Source: Ylistrum balloti
Lineage: Eukaryota
Assembly: GCF_031769215.1 (NCBI RefSeq)
Contig: NW_026781891.1
Coordinates: forward strand, 372,001-436,000
Direction: 5' to 3'
Length of the DNA: 64,000 bases
The translations under genes were made by a program, and so were the position numbers. Of the stretch, positions 50,684 to 63,623 are shown piece by piece (the stretch's first letter is position 1; each line of letters begins with the position of its first letter). The notes under the pieces were generated by a model. It saw nothing but the letters and a program-made list of their open reading frames with translations, was not told where the DNA came from and ran no database searches.

Positions 50684-53360
50684 GGTATGATGACATATGA
50701 GATGTTTAACTTTTGACAGCAAAATACAAAGATTTTTTATAATAATATGGTGACATGTTTTGGGTTTAACAAGAAACTGCACAATACAGACTTATATCTA
50801 AATAAGAATAAGTGATGAAGTGTAACGTGTTTAACTCGCGATACCATTGTACAGATTGATATCAAAGGCAAGGCAATGTATATAGGGCCATTCAATCACG
50901 CACACTATATAAATTTACATAAAATATTGACGTAGTTTGTGTACTTATATTACAGATCGTGTTTGTATACTAACGGTCACATCTATCCTAATGAAGTTGT
51001 CACAGTTTCAAAGACAGCGGGACAAAGGTCATAGGTTATGAAAACATGTGTGGGCTGTGTTGCGAATTCATTTATATCAGGAGATTTAAATATGAATTTT
51101 AAGTCACGTTGCTATAATGGAGTATAGTGTAAAACAATATTATTTTAAGATATCGACGATCATTCCTAATCAATTAAATGGATACAGAGTCACGCTATAA
51201 AATTAAAATTGAACGATAAAGATAAATGATTTAATTTGTTATAACATTTATCTATCTGGCTATAAAACGCCCTGATCTGTATACACTAAAGTGGTGGATA
51301 AGTAAGTACAAAGTTTTGATGTAACAGTTTATTTCAGAACTTTTACGAAGACTAAAGTTTAACTATCTCCCTTATTTCAGCTAAAACATTAAACTCGATA
51401 TAACTAATCGTAGACAAACGAAACATTTGCATGGACACCGCACAAAGAAAACACTATCTGCTTCGTTGACGATATCTGCCAATTATTAATGTGTTAATGA
51501 AAGCAATGTAATGTTCTCAAATTACAACCGTGTTTAAAATAATAAAACCACAAAGGGTATACTTGCATTTAAAATGGATTTATTTTCAGTTACAAATTTG
51601 CCGTCTCCTTATTGGCATATATTTTATTGTTATTTTTGTAAAGAATATTTTGTTTGAGCCTTTTTAAACATGTTCACTTTAATAAGATATAAAGAAGACG
51701 GCAATGTACTCACGCATTTCAATCATGTAACAACTCGCGCGATGACTTTCAGATTCCGCCAGTTTAACTTCAAACGCATTTAGAAAGTAATATAAAAAAG
51801 GACGTGACTCAATTCAATTGACCAACAAACCAGAAAATTTAATTGATTTCTTTTATTCAATCTTCAACTTTTCCTATTTTCGAATATAATGATTGTTTAC
51901 TTTGGATATTTAAACTTCCACAATCAGTTACAGTACGAACAAATAGGAATGTCACAACTGGCTGTGTATATCATAATGACACATACTTAATCTATGGTCC
52001 TTTGGATAAGATGATCGACAAAGTATTTACTCAACTTTATATTCACAGTACAAACATCGTTATGCGTGTTACCCTATACATATGTTCAAACATAGGTTGA
52101 ATAGATAACTAATGATATTGTGATATACAAAGTCGTTTCCCTTTCTGCTATATTTCCTTAGCTAAATTTAAAAGCAAATCTTCATTTTATATTGTACGGT
52201 TTTCCGTTTAATTTTCAAAATTTAGAATACGAATTTGGCAATATTTATGTCTAATTTAGATACATCAATTTTCAGAGCAAAATGAAAAACTGTAATACAA
52301 ACGTCACTTTTTCAAGACAATTGTGACTCCCATTATCAAACGTCAAAAACTAAATTCACCTGTAACAGAATAGATAGATTACATAGATTGTGTTAAAAAA
52401 ACACCTGTATGACCGTATTTAGAAGGACTGTGATTGACTTTGTGGTAATGATCAATGCGTTACCCGTACGACATGGTGTTATATCATTACAAACATGCAT
52501 TTTGACTGTAAAATCATCGAAGAAAACAAACCTGAAACCAACATGCTGTTTTTTTTTTAAAAAAAAGTATATTATGTTTTGTGTTTTCATGTATGGAAGC
52601 AGCAATACGTTTGTACTTTATCAGTATTTCACAACTCTTTCTAAATGTTTGCTTCTGCAGATCAAAATTCAATTAAAAGGAAAATTATAAGGCTTCTATC
52701 GGAATTATCATACCGACTTCTGAAAACCGCATTAACTCTAGAAAATGTCTTAAAATAATTGAAAAAAAACTTTTTCCATTTAAGAACAAGTCTACTATTC
52801 AATCATTGATTTTGAATAAATTGTACGAGAAGCTACAATTACAATGCAAATTTGATGCATTTAATTGTGTTCGCATGTATGATTTCAACACTAGCAACAT
52901 CATCGGAAGTATAACACAACGTTGTAAAAAATCCCAGTTAAGCGAGATTCTTTCAAACATGAAAGTAATAGAATTCCATATGTTACAATAGCGATGCACG
53001 GAAGTTTTAATGGTTGAATGCCTATTTGATGTTGACATCATTGTCAAGTAACCATCTGATAACACCCCTAGGACGTGAAAAGAAAGCTTCGACGCCAATA
53101 CAATAAGCCACTATTGATCAGATTCCTACAAACGAAACCGCCAAAGGTTAAAGCACACCGTCATTGTTGGATGCAGTAATGTAAACTTGTAGATTGAAAA
53201 ATCCAGAGTTTTAAAAAAACACCATTTCATTTTAGTTGTTAGCTATTGAACTTTAATCCTCTTATTCTGAGCACGCCTCTGAGATTTCGATGGGAAAATA
53301 TGAAAGCATTGAGGGTGCAAGTCTGCATGTATTTCCATCAACGCGTGGAAACATGTCTAT

Positions 53361-54521
53361 TTACACTCGGAGTATACCAAGCTTTCTCTTAGCCTCCAGT
53401 ACTATCATTGCCCTTCTATTTTCTATGTGCTGTCGTTTCGCTAACATTGCTTGAGCTATTCTAACATTCTCCAAGCCCTTCTTTATGTATTCTGGTAAAG
53501 GGTGCTTTTTGTTGAATGATTCTTGCGAGCTACAAAAACGACGTATTCTGTTTTGTATACCGTTGTCATGCGCTTTACACAAATATCCATTGCCATCTGA
53601 AGCACATTTACTTACTCCGATTTCACCGTTATGTAAAAGCTCCTTCATTTGTGGAATTTCTGAACAGTACTCGGTCTCCAAAAGGTGTATGAACGTTTTT
53701 ACTTGTCGATCTGAGAAGATATACCGACTGTGATCATCCCGATAGGAGACCCCATCCTCCGACTCTAATTCTCCAATGTGATCTTCATATATCTTAATTA
53801 CTTTCTTCATGTACTCGCACGTGCTGCATGTTTTTTCCCTTCGACGACGTAATTCAGCCTCCTCGTCGTCTTTCATATCCTTTGGCCGCTGCTGGAGAAA
53901 GGAGACATAAGCCGGGGACGACTTGGGTCTCTGCTTTAACGGTTTGTCAGGTATTACATCCTTGACAAGGTTTGGCTTTGGTGCTGAATTGTCGAAAACT
54001 CTTGCAGATTTTGCTCTGAACGATTGTGTTGATTGCGTCCATTGTTTTTCGCGAATTCTTTGTTCTCTTTGTACTCTTGACTTGTAATTTTCTAACTTGC
54101 ACTCTTCTGTTCTATTGAGCTTCTGAGCCTTAAACTCACTTTCGGTCTGACAGAGTTGTTTCTTGTATCCGATGCAGTTGTTGGCGGGATATCCGTCCAA
54201 AGATATACCGGTCTCTGTAGTCATAACAGATAACGGTTTAGGAGGGTAGTTACCTCCAATGGCACGTATTTCTTCTTTCTGTTGACCATCAGCGTCCTTC
54301 CTTCTATTTTCCGACCTTACACTTGCATATATGGTAGACGTAGTGCTGAGAACTCTAAAATTTTTTGAAGTCGCGTATGTACTTAAATTGGAAATACTCC
54401 CTACATCACTGGATCCAGACATATGATGATCATTGTTGACACCTGCTGTTCTTGGCCGAAGAATAATTTCTTTTCTCGATTTATATTGACTTCGAACAAT
54501 TTTCGCTCGATTAACTTCCAT
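53361..54521 (-). CDS. Uncharacterised basic protein, 386 aa, encoded without interruption, with probable coiled-coil segments
   Basis: The frame is open for 1161 nt. An acceptor-like TTCCAG lies 21 nt upstream of the ATG and that stretch is also open in frame, so an upstream exon is possible. It contains RPRTAG, RAKSAR, RPKSSP, CSTC and charged helical stretches (KSRVQREQRIREKQW). I recognised no family. Confidence 0.75.
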   Translation of the reverse strand: MEVNRAKIVRSQYKSRKEIILRPRTAGVNNDHHMSGSSDVGSISNLSTYATSKNFRVLSTTSTIYASVRSENRRKDADGQQKEEIRAIGGNYPPKPLSVMTTETGISLDGYPANNCIGYKKQLCQTESEFKAQKLNRTEECKLENYKSRVQREQRIREKQWTQSTQSFRAKSARVFDNSAPKPNLVKDVIPDKPLKQRPKSSPAYVSFLQQRPKDMKDDEEAELRRRREKTCSTCEYMKKVIKIYEDHIGELESEDGVSYRDDHSRYIFSDRQVKTFIHLLETEYCSEIPQMKELLHNGEIGVSKCASDGNGYLCKAHDNGIQNRIRRFCSSQESFNKKHPLPEYIKKGLENVRIAQAMLAKRQHIENRRAMIVLEAKRKLGILRV

Positions 54522-57447
54522 GTTTTTAAAGTATAGTCTGACCTGGAATTAATCACATTGACAGTTGATATCCAATAAATAGCAACTTGTAATGTTAAGT
54601 CACACTTCTTTCCTAATGACTAAATGTCATGTATACTTCTTAATATAATGTCTAGTCACGTGAGGTTTGATAAATAAGTAAATAACACTGTCTTATCTAA
54701 CACAACATGATTAACGTGGTGTCAACAACATATAACAATCTGTTTCATTATTTTCCAATAGAATGACGAATGCAATTGTGAAAATGATATTCTTGGACTT
54801 GTCAGCAACATACACTATGCCCTGTTCTGCCGACAGCGTGACACTGTCCTGTCACAATGATCCCGCTAACGTCTGGGTTATGTAGCCTATTCCATGTCCA
54901 TCAGTCATAAAACTGATAAATGATGGAAATATTTGACTTACAGATTTAACACTGAACGACGTGTTGGACACTCCGTGTCGATTATTTAGACAAGTGGGAT
55001 TATGTCGTGCAAACACCTACAGGGATTTGTTTGCTTGCGTGAGGCGACTGGGTCTTATAGCCCTCGGTATGACAGCAACAATAACAAACACAAAATTTAA
55101 TAATGGGAAAATCGGGCAGCTTAAAGGTATCCCATGTCTTACACTATGTAGCTATAGCATTCACGCTCTTTATTGATAGATCAATTATAGCTGTGAGAAT
55201 AACCTGGAATTTAACACCAATATAGAAACTGAGAAAATATAAGTGTTGTCCAAGTATTTATTCATCCAGACTAATCCCTCTTACTTAAATAAACAGATGT
55301 GATTTATCTGTTATTTGATAAAAGCGTTACTCTGTGTGTCCTTTAACAAGAACCAAATAAAACCATAAAGGTAAAACTAATGTGTTTCAAAAAGTCATTA
55401 TAGTATCCAGACAATGATTTTTATTCATGCAAGTTTAAATAATTGAAATATAATTCTCCATCTCTTAAACAGTACAAAATCAAATGCAAGTTATATACAC
55501 ACTGATGTATTTTGGCGTTTGGTTGATGCCAGGCATGGATAGGGTGTACGGCTTTGTGACATGCAAATCTCGTTACAATGGCTTCTGTTATCGGCGTTAA
55601 TTTAGTGCTAAATAATGAACGTCTCATATAGGTAATCTGGGCAACTGCGATTGTAATTAAAACGGACATGTTCAGTGTATGTCTATATAAAACAAGTGAA
55701 ATGAAAGTAATAATAATAAGATAGAGAAAATGGGGAATGTCTGCTAAAGATCACTAGATAGAAACACTATTATTGTTGGAAGGTATTTGTTTTATTATTT
55801 AACCGAATTTATATATATATATATATTCTTGTAAGCTTCAAGCACTATATTTGTTTACTGTACTAACGTGCAAGAGTTGGTATATGTAAGCATGCTCGGA
55901 AACCATCATTTATGACGTCACACACTGATGGGATATTTACGGAAATTGTGACTGTGATACGGTGAATAAATATGAACATCTTGATTGTTTCCATGTTGGC
56001 CCCTTTAAGACGAATAACAGCCCATTCAGACAAGTTAAACTTCGATGCAACTAGCAATTAAAATATTGCTCAAAGATTGTACAGAAGACACACAAGTTAA
56101 TAACATTTTCAACACAAATTTAGATAAGATACAGTGTAGATGAATAAACAAATTAGATTACACCATAAAGTTGTTTCGTCCTTCTAGGACTCATCAGTGA
56201 TCGTTAAATACCTTAATTATTATCTGAGTAACACACATCCTTTGAAAACATCCTGTTTTCGTTTTGTACTAAAGACACCATGTCCTTTACTCTATAAGGA
56301 AACAGAATAATTACTCTTTTGACCATGAAAAACTGTTCATCGTGTTAGTCATACACGTGAAGGGACAGATATACTTTTGATATACTACAAATTTAGAGCC
56401 AAGAAAAAAATCCTTTTTATAATCATATGTATCTTCACATCTGGGAAAGTTTCTAAATTTAACAGAGATGTGACTTGTCTGTAAATGCGATATCAACATT
56501 CACTTTATGCACTAGATGGGCAAGTTGTCAAACCTGCACAGCATATGTAAACGCAGAGCAGAATCATCACTTAAACATTCTTTGTCAAATTGACCGTGTT
56601 GATTGTGCATAAATTATAAAAAAATCACATGCATTAAGTCTGAATATCCATAGTATCACATCGGTAAACGCAACACCTTTCAATGCTTACATCATGTTCT
56701 GTCCTCATACGTTTATTCATACAAGTGGGAACAGTCTCTTTCGCAATATACATGTACACCCATTGATCGGTTTTAAAGTGATAGTCCGTGGAATTTTTTC
56801 TGGTTACTATTAGCGCAAATACATATATTTGTTGCTGTCCGACTCTTAAGAAAAGGTATAAAATTAGTTCAGCTTTTACGATACTCAATATTACTGCCGA
56901 GTGTGGCAGTTCAACAACGGCAACAATAAGGTTAAAAATAAACGTGAAAATCTACCTAATCATTAAGACTATTACAAAGAACACTCACCAGTTTACATAA
57001 TCCTACATCACCAATGCAGTTTCACTCCTCGGTTCGGTTGATAGTTTAAAAGGACCACGGATGAAACCGGCGACAAACTTCAAAAGTAGAGCTGACATAT
57101 ATGCTTAGGTCAAAACCCTTTTATGATTTGGAATTATATGTATAGATATGAATTAAGTTTTCTCAGAAATAGTTTTTATACCCGGTGCCTTCCTTATATT
57201 CTTTTTCGTTCTCATCCTTATTTATCCTGATTTCATTTGTGAAGATATAGTATATACTTCTATATATTTTATTTATCCATTTTCTTAGTTTTGTTGATGT
57301 ATACTCGGTATTCATGTTGTCTTTTATAGCAGCTGAAGCCAACAACACATTCTAGTGTGATAGATGGAGCATGTCCTACACATCAGTCATAAATATAAAT
57401 ATAAACTTTATTTATTTTACAACAATTGCGAAACAAGTTATGTCATC

Positions 57448-57620
57448 TTATACTGATCACTCTTGTTGGATTTAAGCGCGTGAGGGGTCTTATTGTAGGA
57501 GGACACCGGAGTACCCGGGGAAAACCCACGTGGTCGGGAAGGTAACCCCTTACCCTTTCACGTCCGTTCCGGGAATCGAACCCAGAAAGGCGAGTACGTT
57601 ATCACTGCGCCACCCGACCA
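57448..57620 (-). mobile_element. tRNA-derived SINE
   Basis: The minus strand has an A-box-like TGGCGCAGTGA (57602-57612) and a B-box GGGTTCGATTCCC (57571-57583), then GTGGGTTTTCCCCGGGTACTCCGGTGTCCTCC. That last stretch resembles the conserved central domain of Meta/V-type SINEs (recalled, not searched). Confidence 0.8.
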
Positions 57621-57675
57621 CATCACTCAAAATGTTTTGTTTTCGAAATATTTAACAGTTTGCTTTGAAAATGCA

Positions 57676-57878
57676 GGGGTCTCGTTGGCATAGTGGTTAA
57701 GACGTCCAACCGTTTTTATCATTAACTGTCCACATCTGGGACGCATATCCTTGACCTACGTGGTACAGTGGTACTAGCTGCATGTCGAAGGTTTTTCTCC
57801 TGCTTTCTCCCACCACCCAAACCTTGCACGTCCTTAAATGACCTTGACCGTTAATCGGACATAAAGCAACAATTAAAT
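57676..57878 (+). mobile_element. Second tRNA-derived SINE (different family), decayed
   Basis: It has an A-box-like TGGCATAGTGG at the 5' end, a central GGTTTTTCTCC...TTTCTCCCACCA, and a 3' tail ATGACCTTGACCGTTAATCGGACATAAAGCAACAA. The B-box is degenerate. Confidence 0.6.
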
Positions 57879-58309
57879 AGATTGTAAAAAAGGCTGTTAA
57901 TCTGATTGTATAAATATTTTATGATGTATGACTAGACCGCGTTTATTTCCTGTTTTCTTATTCTCAGACATTTTTGTACCGGAAAGTGTAAGGAGACTTC
58001 GACCATGGACTAACAAAACACTCATAAATTGCTCCTTTAAGTTGAAATTTAAGCACTAGAATACTTAGTATAATTCAACACGTGTATTGCATTAACGTAC
58101 GACATATTGTCAGTAGTTATAATTTGTCTTTAACTCGTCACGTGGTCCTAAGTCACGAGACGAACTCATGGAAACACAATGATACCATTTAAGAATGAAC
58201 AATTAAATTGGGTCATCAACATAGATAAATAGATAAATACAAACAGAATAAATCAAACACTTTTCTAAGTAAAGTGTACTCAGAATATTTGTATCTAAAT
58301 CAATAGAGA

Positions 58310-61140
58310 TGACTATATCATAGAACTGAGTGATATGTAAAAAATATCTGTAACAATGAAGCTAGACATGTTTGTCTGAATGCATGTCTCCATCTTTTAT
58401 GAAACCAGGTGATTTATGAAATTTTCAAGTTGTTAACCCTGTGCAGACAAAGTAAACTATCGCCTTTAAAACAGTCTTAATTACATACATCACAAGTCAA
58501 TGTATACAAACATGGCTCTAATAATTTCAGGTTCATGTTAGTACAGAACCAACGAATTCACAAGTGAAGAAATCGAATTTAGAGTGGAAATCCACACTTT
58601 ACCCTGGGGATAAATGTTTTCGTTTTTTTTGCTCACTTACATCCTGTTATGATCTCATCAAAGTTGTTCAACCTGTCTTTGCTAAGAGGTGTTTGATTCC
58701 AAATCCTTTAGAATTTTAAAAGGATAGTTCTAAACAAATCGTGGAGACTTTCATTACATCTATGAGACTGTTATAAAATAACATTAAAGAGTTCTTCTAG
58801 TCATACTTGACACGAACATAGAAAATAAAACTAAACACAAAACACGATAGACAGAAATTCGACTAAATAGGAAAGGAAACACTTCCACATAGAAAACAAT
58901 TGATAAAAATCTGGAAGGAAACCATGGGTTTGGATATCATTGTTATACAGTAATACAAAACAGCGGTACATAACGAGCTTTTAAATACATTTTTAAAGTA
59001 CAGTTTATGTGTTGTATGAAGTACTTTCTATTCAATCATAACAGCATTATTTTTTGTCTTTTCGTTTTAATGAGATACATCAGGTTTGCACCTGGAGAGA
59101 TTGGCGTTACTTCAGCAGCTGACATATAAATATCAAATATACACTTTTTACAATTTCTCCTCAAATCACACTGACATCTCTCTTCGACATCCAACAGTAG
59201 TGGGTTTTTTTCCATTGTATTGCTGTTCCATATCGACTAATTCATAAAGACAAAAGAAAATTAAAAAAAAAAAAAAAAAATACAAGATGTAATAGGAGGC
59301 TTCAATACACATGACGTCATCACGTTTGCTGTTGTGTTTTAAAATCTAAGCCGAATATAAGAAAAGTCTCTTGGGGGGTATAAGGTAAACGCCCTTTCAT
59401 TGTTTTATTGAAATTTGTTAGTTTTAGACATTTGATATAGTGAACCCACCACTGATAGTAAGACAATTAATTTCTACCATGCTCACTAACACTCCTTAAT
59501 TTTTTGCAGATTATTGCAAACATCAAACGCTGGTCTTCTATTGTGGTTTGCTTTTTCTATGTCACAAATCACAAATTTATCAATGTGTGTAAGAGTTGTC
59601 TTTCTTCTCAGATCGAGGCAAATGAAAAAGTGAAAAAAAAATCAACTCATATTGGGCTTTACGCAGTATTATATACATATCATTATGACAGACAATGACT
59701 TAAGACTATTGTGCTTATAATTTCATTTGTTCACACCAGACTACTAAAAGCGATATATAAAAATATCAGTAACATTTTGAATGAAGCTAGACATGTTTGT
59801 CGTATAGCATGTCTCCAACTATTATGAAACCAGGTGATGTATGAAATTTTTAGGTTGTTATACCTGTGCTACCAAAGTAAACTATCATCATTAGAACAGT
59901 CTTAATTACATACATCACAAGTCAATGTATACAAACATGGCTCTAATAATTTCAGGTTCATGTTAGTACACAATCAGCAAATTCACAAGTGAAGAAATTG
60001 ATTTTAGAGTTAAAATCCACAATTTACCCTGGGGATAAATGTTTTCGATTTTTTAAAACTCACTTACATCCTGTTATGTTTTCATCAAAGATATCAAACA
60101 TGTTCATTTCGAAATTAGTGTAGTCATTGGATTAAAATTCCTTCTGAATTTAAAAAGATTATTTTCAATCAAATAATTTTATTGTGATTATGCGACTGTC
60201 CTATCTGTTTAGTTTCTTGACATGATTAATCAAACATTTCTTTTATTCAGTACGGTATATAAAAATGAAATAATCAAGCCACGAGGAAGGGTTATGGACG
60301 TTTAACAGAAAAATGGCAAGGAGGCATAGAAGGACAACCTGGATTTGTGATAAAGAAATGCTAAACGGCAGTATATAATGAGGTTTTAAATACATTTGTA
60401 AAGCACGGTTTACGTATGTGTAAATGATTTGTTACCTAATCATACCACTAGGATTAATTCGTATTGTAGTATTGTTGAGTATCACTTAGGGGATGACGTG
60501 TAAATATATGATACAAACAGATCACAATTCTCCCTCAAAATTATATTTACCTCTTTCTTTCACAACCAACAGTAATTGTGTTTACAATGCATTGCTACTC
60601 AATGTAGACAAATCAAAGACAAAAACGAAAAGAAGACATATGATTTGTAATAGATAGTAGTTTGACTATGTAATGTCGACATCACCTTTTCTGTTGTTTA
60701 AGTCTAAAAGCATGATGCGAGGAAATGTCTATTGGGAATAGACTAAAAATTTATTCGTTGTTTTCGAGTGAAATGTATATGATATTTGTACAAATTTGTT
60801 ACCTAGAGAATACTGTTGAAAATTAAAGAAAATTTTTAAAAAAATCCTTTTTCCTTGCCAGCTGAAATCCCGCTTTCTTTGTAGATTAATTTGAACAGTA
60901 CGTATTAATTTGCTATTTGAAAGTCACAAATGAAAAATATCATTATCAACAATTATGATTTTAAACCATGTGTGTAAGAGTTATCTTTCTTCTCGGGGAG
61001 CGAAAAAAAATATTGAAATAAATCAATTCAGAGTCGACTTCACGCACTGCTATATACCTATCATTATGACAGATGCCAGACAAAGTGACTTCAGTTTGTT
61101 TTGTTCAAATCTATTCATAATATATGTTTACACCAGACTG
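58310..61140. repeat. Direct tandem duplication, ~1.43-kb unit, two copies
   Basis: Collinear matches run throughout at an offset of ~1425 (e.g. 58470-58545 is identical to 59895-59970 over 76 bp; 59560-59760 aligns with 60920-61140). Outer boundaries are approximate. Confidence 0.88.
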
Positions 61141-63623
61141 CTTAAATATAACATAATGTACCGACCATGTGTGACTTTTCATTTGTACAATAGACAGTTT
61201 TTAATATCTGATAGACCGTATCCAGTGGCGAAATTTCTCTCATGATGGAAAAGAACCAGCTACAACAGACTGACAAATATCGAGATTTCAAAAGGATATT
61301 TGGGGGATTCACTCAAATATATTGACCTCAAAATTTTAAGAATTTGTCAAATACCCACACTAACCAATTATTGGCAAGTTCGCACGCCCTCCATTTTTAC
61401 AAAGTCATCGCATTCTTGTTTAGGACATTTGTTATCACTGCGTTTACGATATGTAAAGCTGTTATCATGATCACTCCATGTTCATTGATACCATGCATAT
61501 CATTTAGTGTTACATAATCATATTCTTTCTTGCTTGTTGATATTGCTGTCATTGTTTAGATTTGAATTATTTAAAATCTGGGTATGCTGCTAAGCCGTAT
61601 TGACTATAAAAACACAATACTACAATGCATATAACATTATGTAAGAACGAAAAGATGGGGGGGGGGGGAGGGGTTTTTTGGTGGTTGGATTCACATTTTT
61701 GATTTATGAGCGTCATAAATGTTATCTTTCTATGCTGACGAGAAAATGCACCATTTCCTATCCTGCATTATGAATTACAATTCAGCTGTAAGCGTCAGTT
61801 ATTGTTAAAACGTTTAACAGATGTCACCAGTTGTTTACCTAATCAACAGCTGATACTTCGTATCTGAGCATTGTGTTGTGTGTAGACGGGTATGATTGGT
61901 TAAATCATAACGGCTGTAAATCTAACTAGCGGTCCCACTCAAGCTTGGCGTAAGATGTTTGTAAATGCCACCACTACATTGTCTTATTGCAGGGACACAT
62001 TCAACAACGCAGATGTATGAAGACGAGTTTTACTTTCAAATTGATTAAATAGTGTCGTTGTGAAGTTATTAATAGACACATTTGATTTTGATATGTGTGT
62101 TAAGGGTACGATATCTCTATTTCTATATTTCCCATGGTGTGACGTATATGTTTACATTTGTATCGTGCTACAGTAGAAGAGAGAACTAGGGCTTGTTAAT
62201 CAAAATAAGGATATCTTACTTGTTGGTATGTGAGTTTATTTTTTCTAAATATGTAAGCGCTGTTTATCACAATGTGTACAGCACTTATCGTGGTAGTTCA
62301 TGTGACCGAGCAAAATACTTGTCAGCATCAATATTTAGAGCAGGCCTCGTTTTTAAAAATTGGAAATCCACATACTCTGATTAGGTTAAAAATAGGAACA
62401 CCGCACAAAACACTTATTGTTGAGTGGAAATTTTTTACTGTGCGGAAAAATTTTCTGAGTCTGTCCCGAATATGTGATAACAAGTATGGAAGGTTAAGAA
62501 CAAAAACATTTTTGTTATGATCTACAATTTTTAACCTGGTATAATCTTATTTTTCTTTCACACTCCTATAATACTAACACCCGGTTAACTTTATGCTAAA
62601 TGTTGCTCGTTAATACCTGACAGTTATACAAAGTATTGATAAAACTTTGGTCCTCAGTTTGTCAATAGCTGTATTTTTTATATTAACTATTCAGTTTGCA
62701 GGTTTTTTTTTTATAAGTTATCGGCGTAAATGGGAATAGTTAAATTCCCTTTAACTGAAAACAACAACAGAAATATTAGATAATTTATCATTATATGAAC
62801 GTTTGTACCGGAACGGGTTATGCCCGTGAATACAGCTTATATCACACGTGCGGCGGCATTGAAATGCAGTAAGTATACAACACATAAGTAACGAATCTAA
62901 AATTCCTTTCTAATCTCCATTCAACATCAGAAAGCAAACGAACGGCCTCTCTTTGATATTGATGGACAGTGTGCTAGCGCTATAAATAGTAAGTGTACTA
63001 TTTGGTGTTTCCGTTGAGGAGTGATACTCGAGCTTTGAAATTTGTCGGTATCCAGGATGTGGATCGCACCTGGATATTAAATTTTCTGATAAGAACCAGT
63101 TTATTATTTAGCTATAGAACTACACCTTACTGTGATTGTGACACTATATCACCTGTGAGAGGTCCTTGGACATTCAAATTCTTAGGAGACACTAAGCTAC
63201 ACATTTGAAGTACATGAAAAGTTACACGACACATCCGATATTGATAAATTTATACATACGAAAGTGTTTTATTAACGATTGCCTTTTCAAATGACCTTGA
63301 ATGATGAAACTTGGTTAAAAATAAACCTGTTGGTAGAGAAGAGATCTCCAAAGCGGATGTTGGAGCTTATACATATCAAACTTGACAAGGAAAATTGATG
63401 TAGATTAAAGATTATTTCCTGTTACACATGATTGTGAGATATCAGAGTGAACATGGATCTAGTGTTCAAATCTCTAAGGGATGTAGCCTTCAATGCAGGT
63501 GACAAATTTATAATTATTTACTATAGAACTTAGGTAAATATCCTACAATGGATACTTTACATTAAACATGATATATTGTTGAATAACTGAAACTACATAT
63601 TCAACATTATATACCAAAAAACC

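Noticed and set aside
54581-55079. AGCAAC half-sites upstream of both orphan ORFs (48176, 54581, 54804, 55074) as RFX X-boxes
   Set aside because: Only 6-bp half-sites are present, with no full palindromic X-box, and that density is close to chance.
57560-57620. tRNA gene suggested by A- and B-boxes (also a B-box fragment at 29557-29610)
   Set aside because: No complete cloverleaf can be drawn. The 57.6-kb head continues into a SINE body, and the 29.6-kb piece is only a short decayed fragment.
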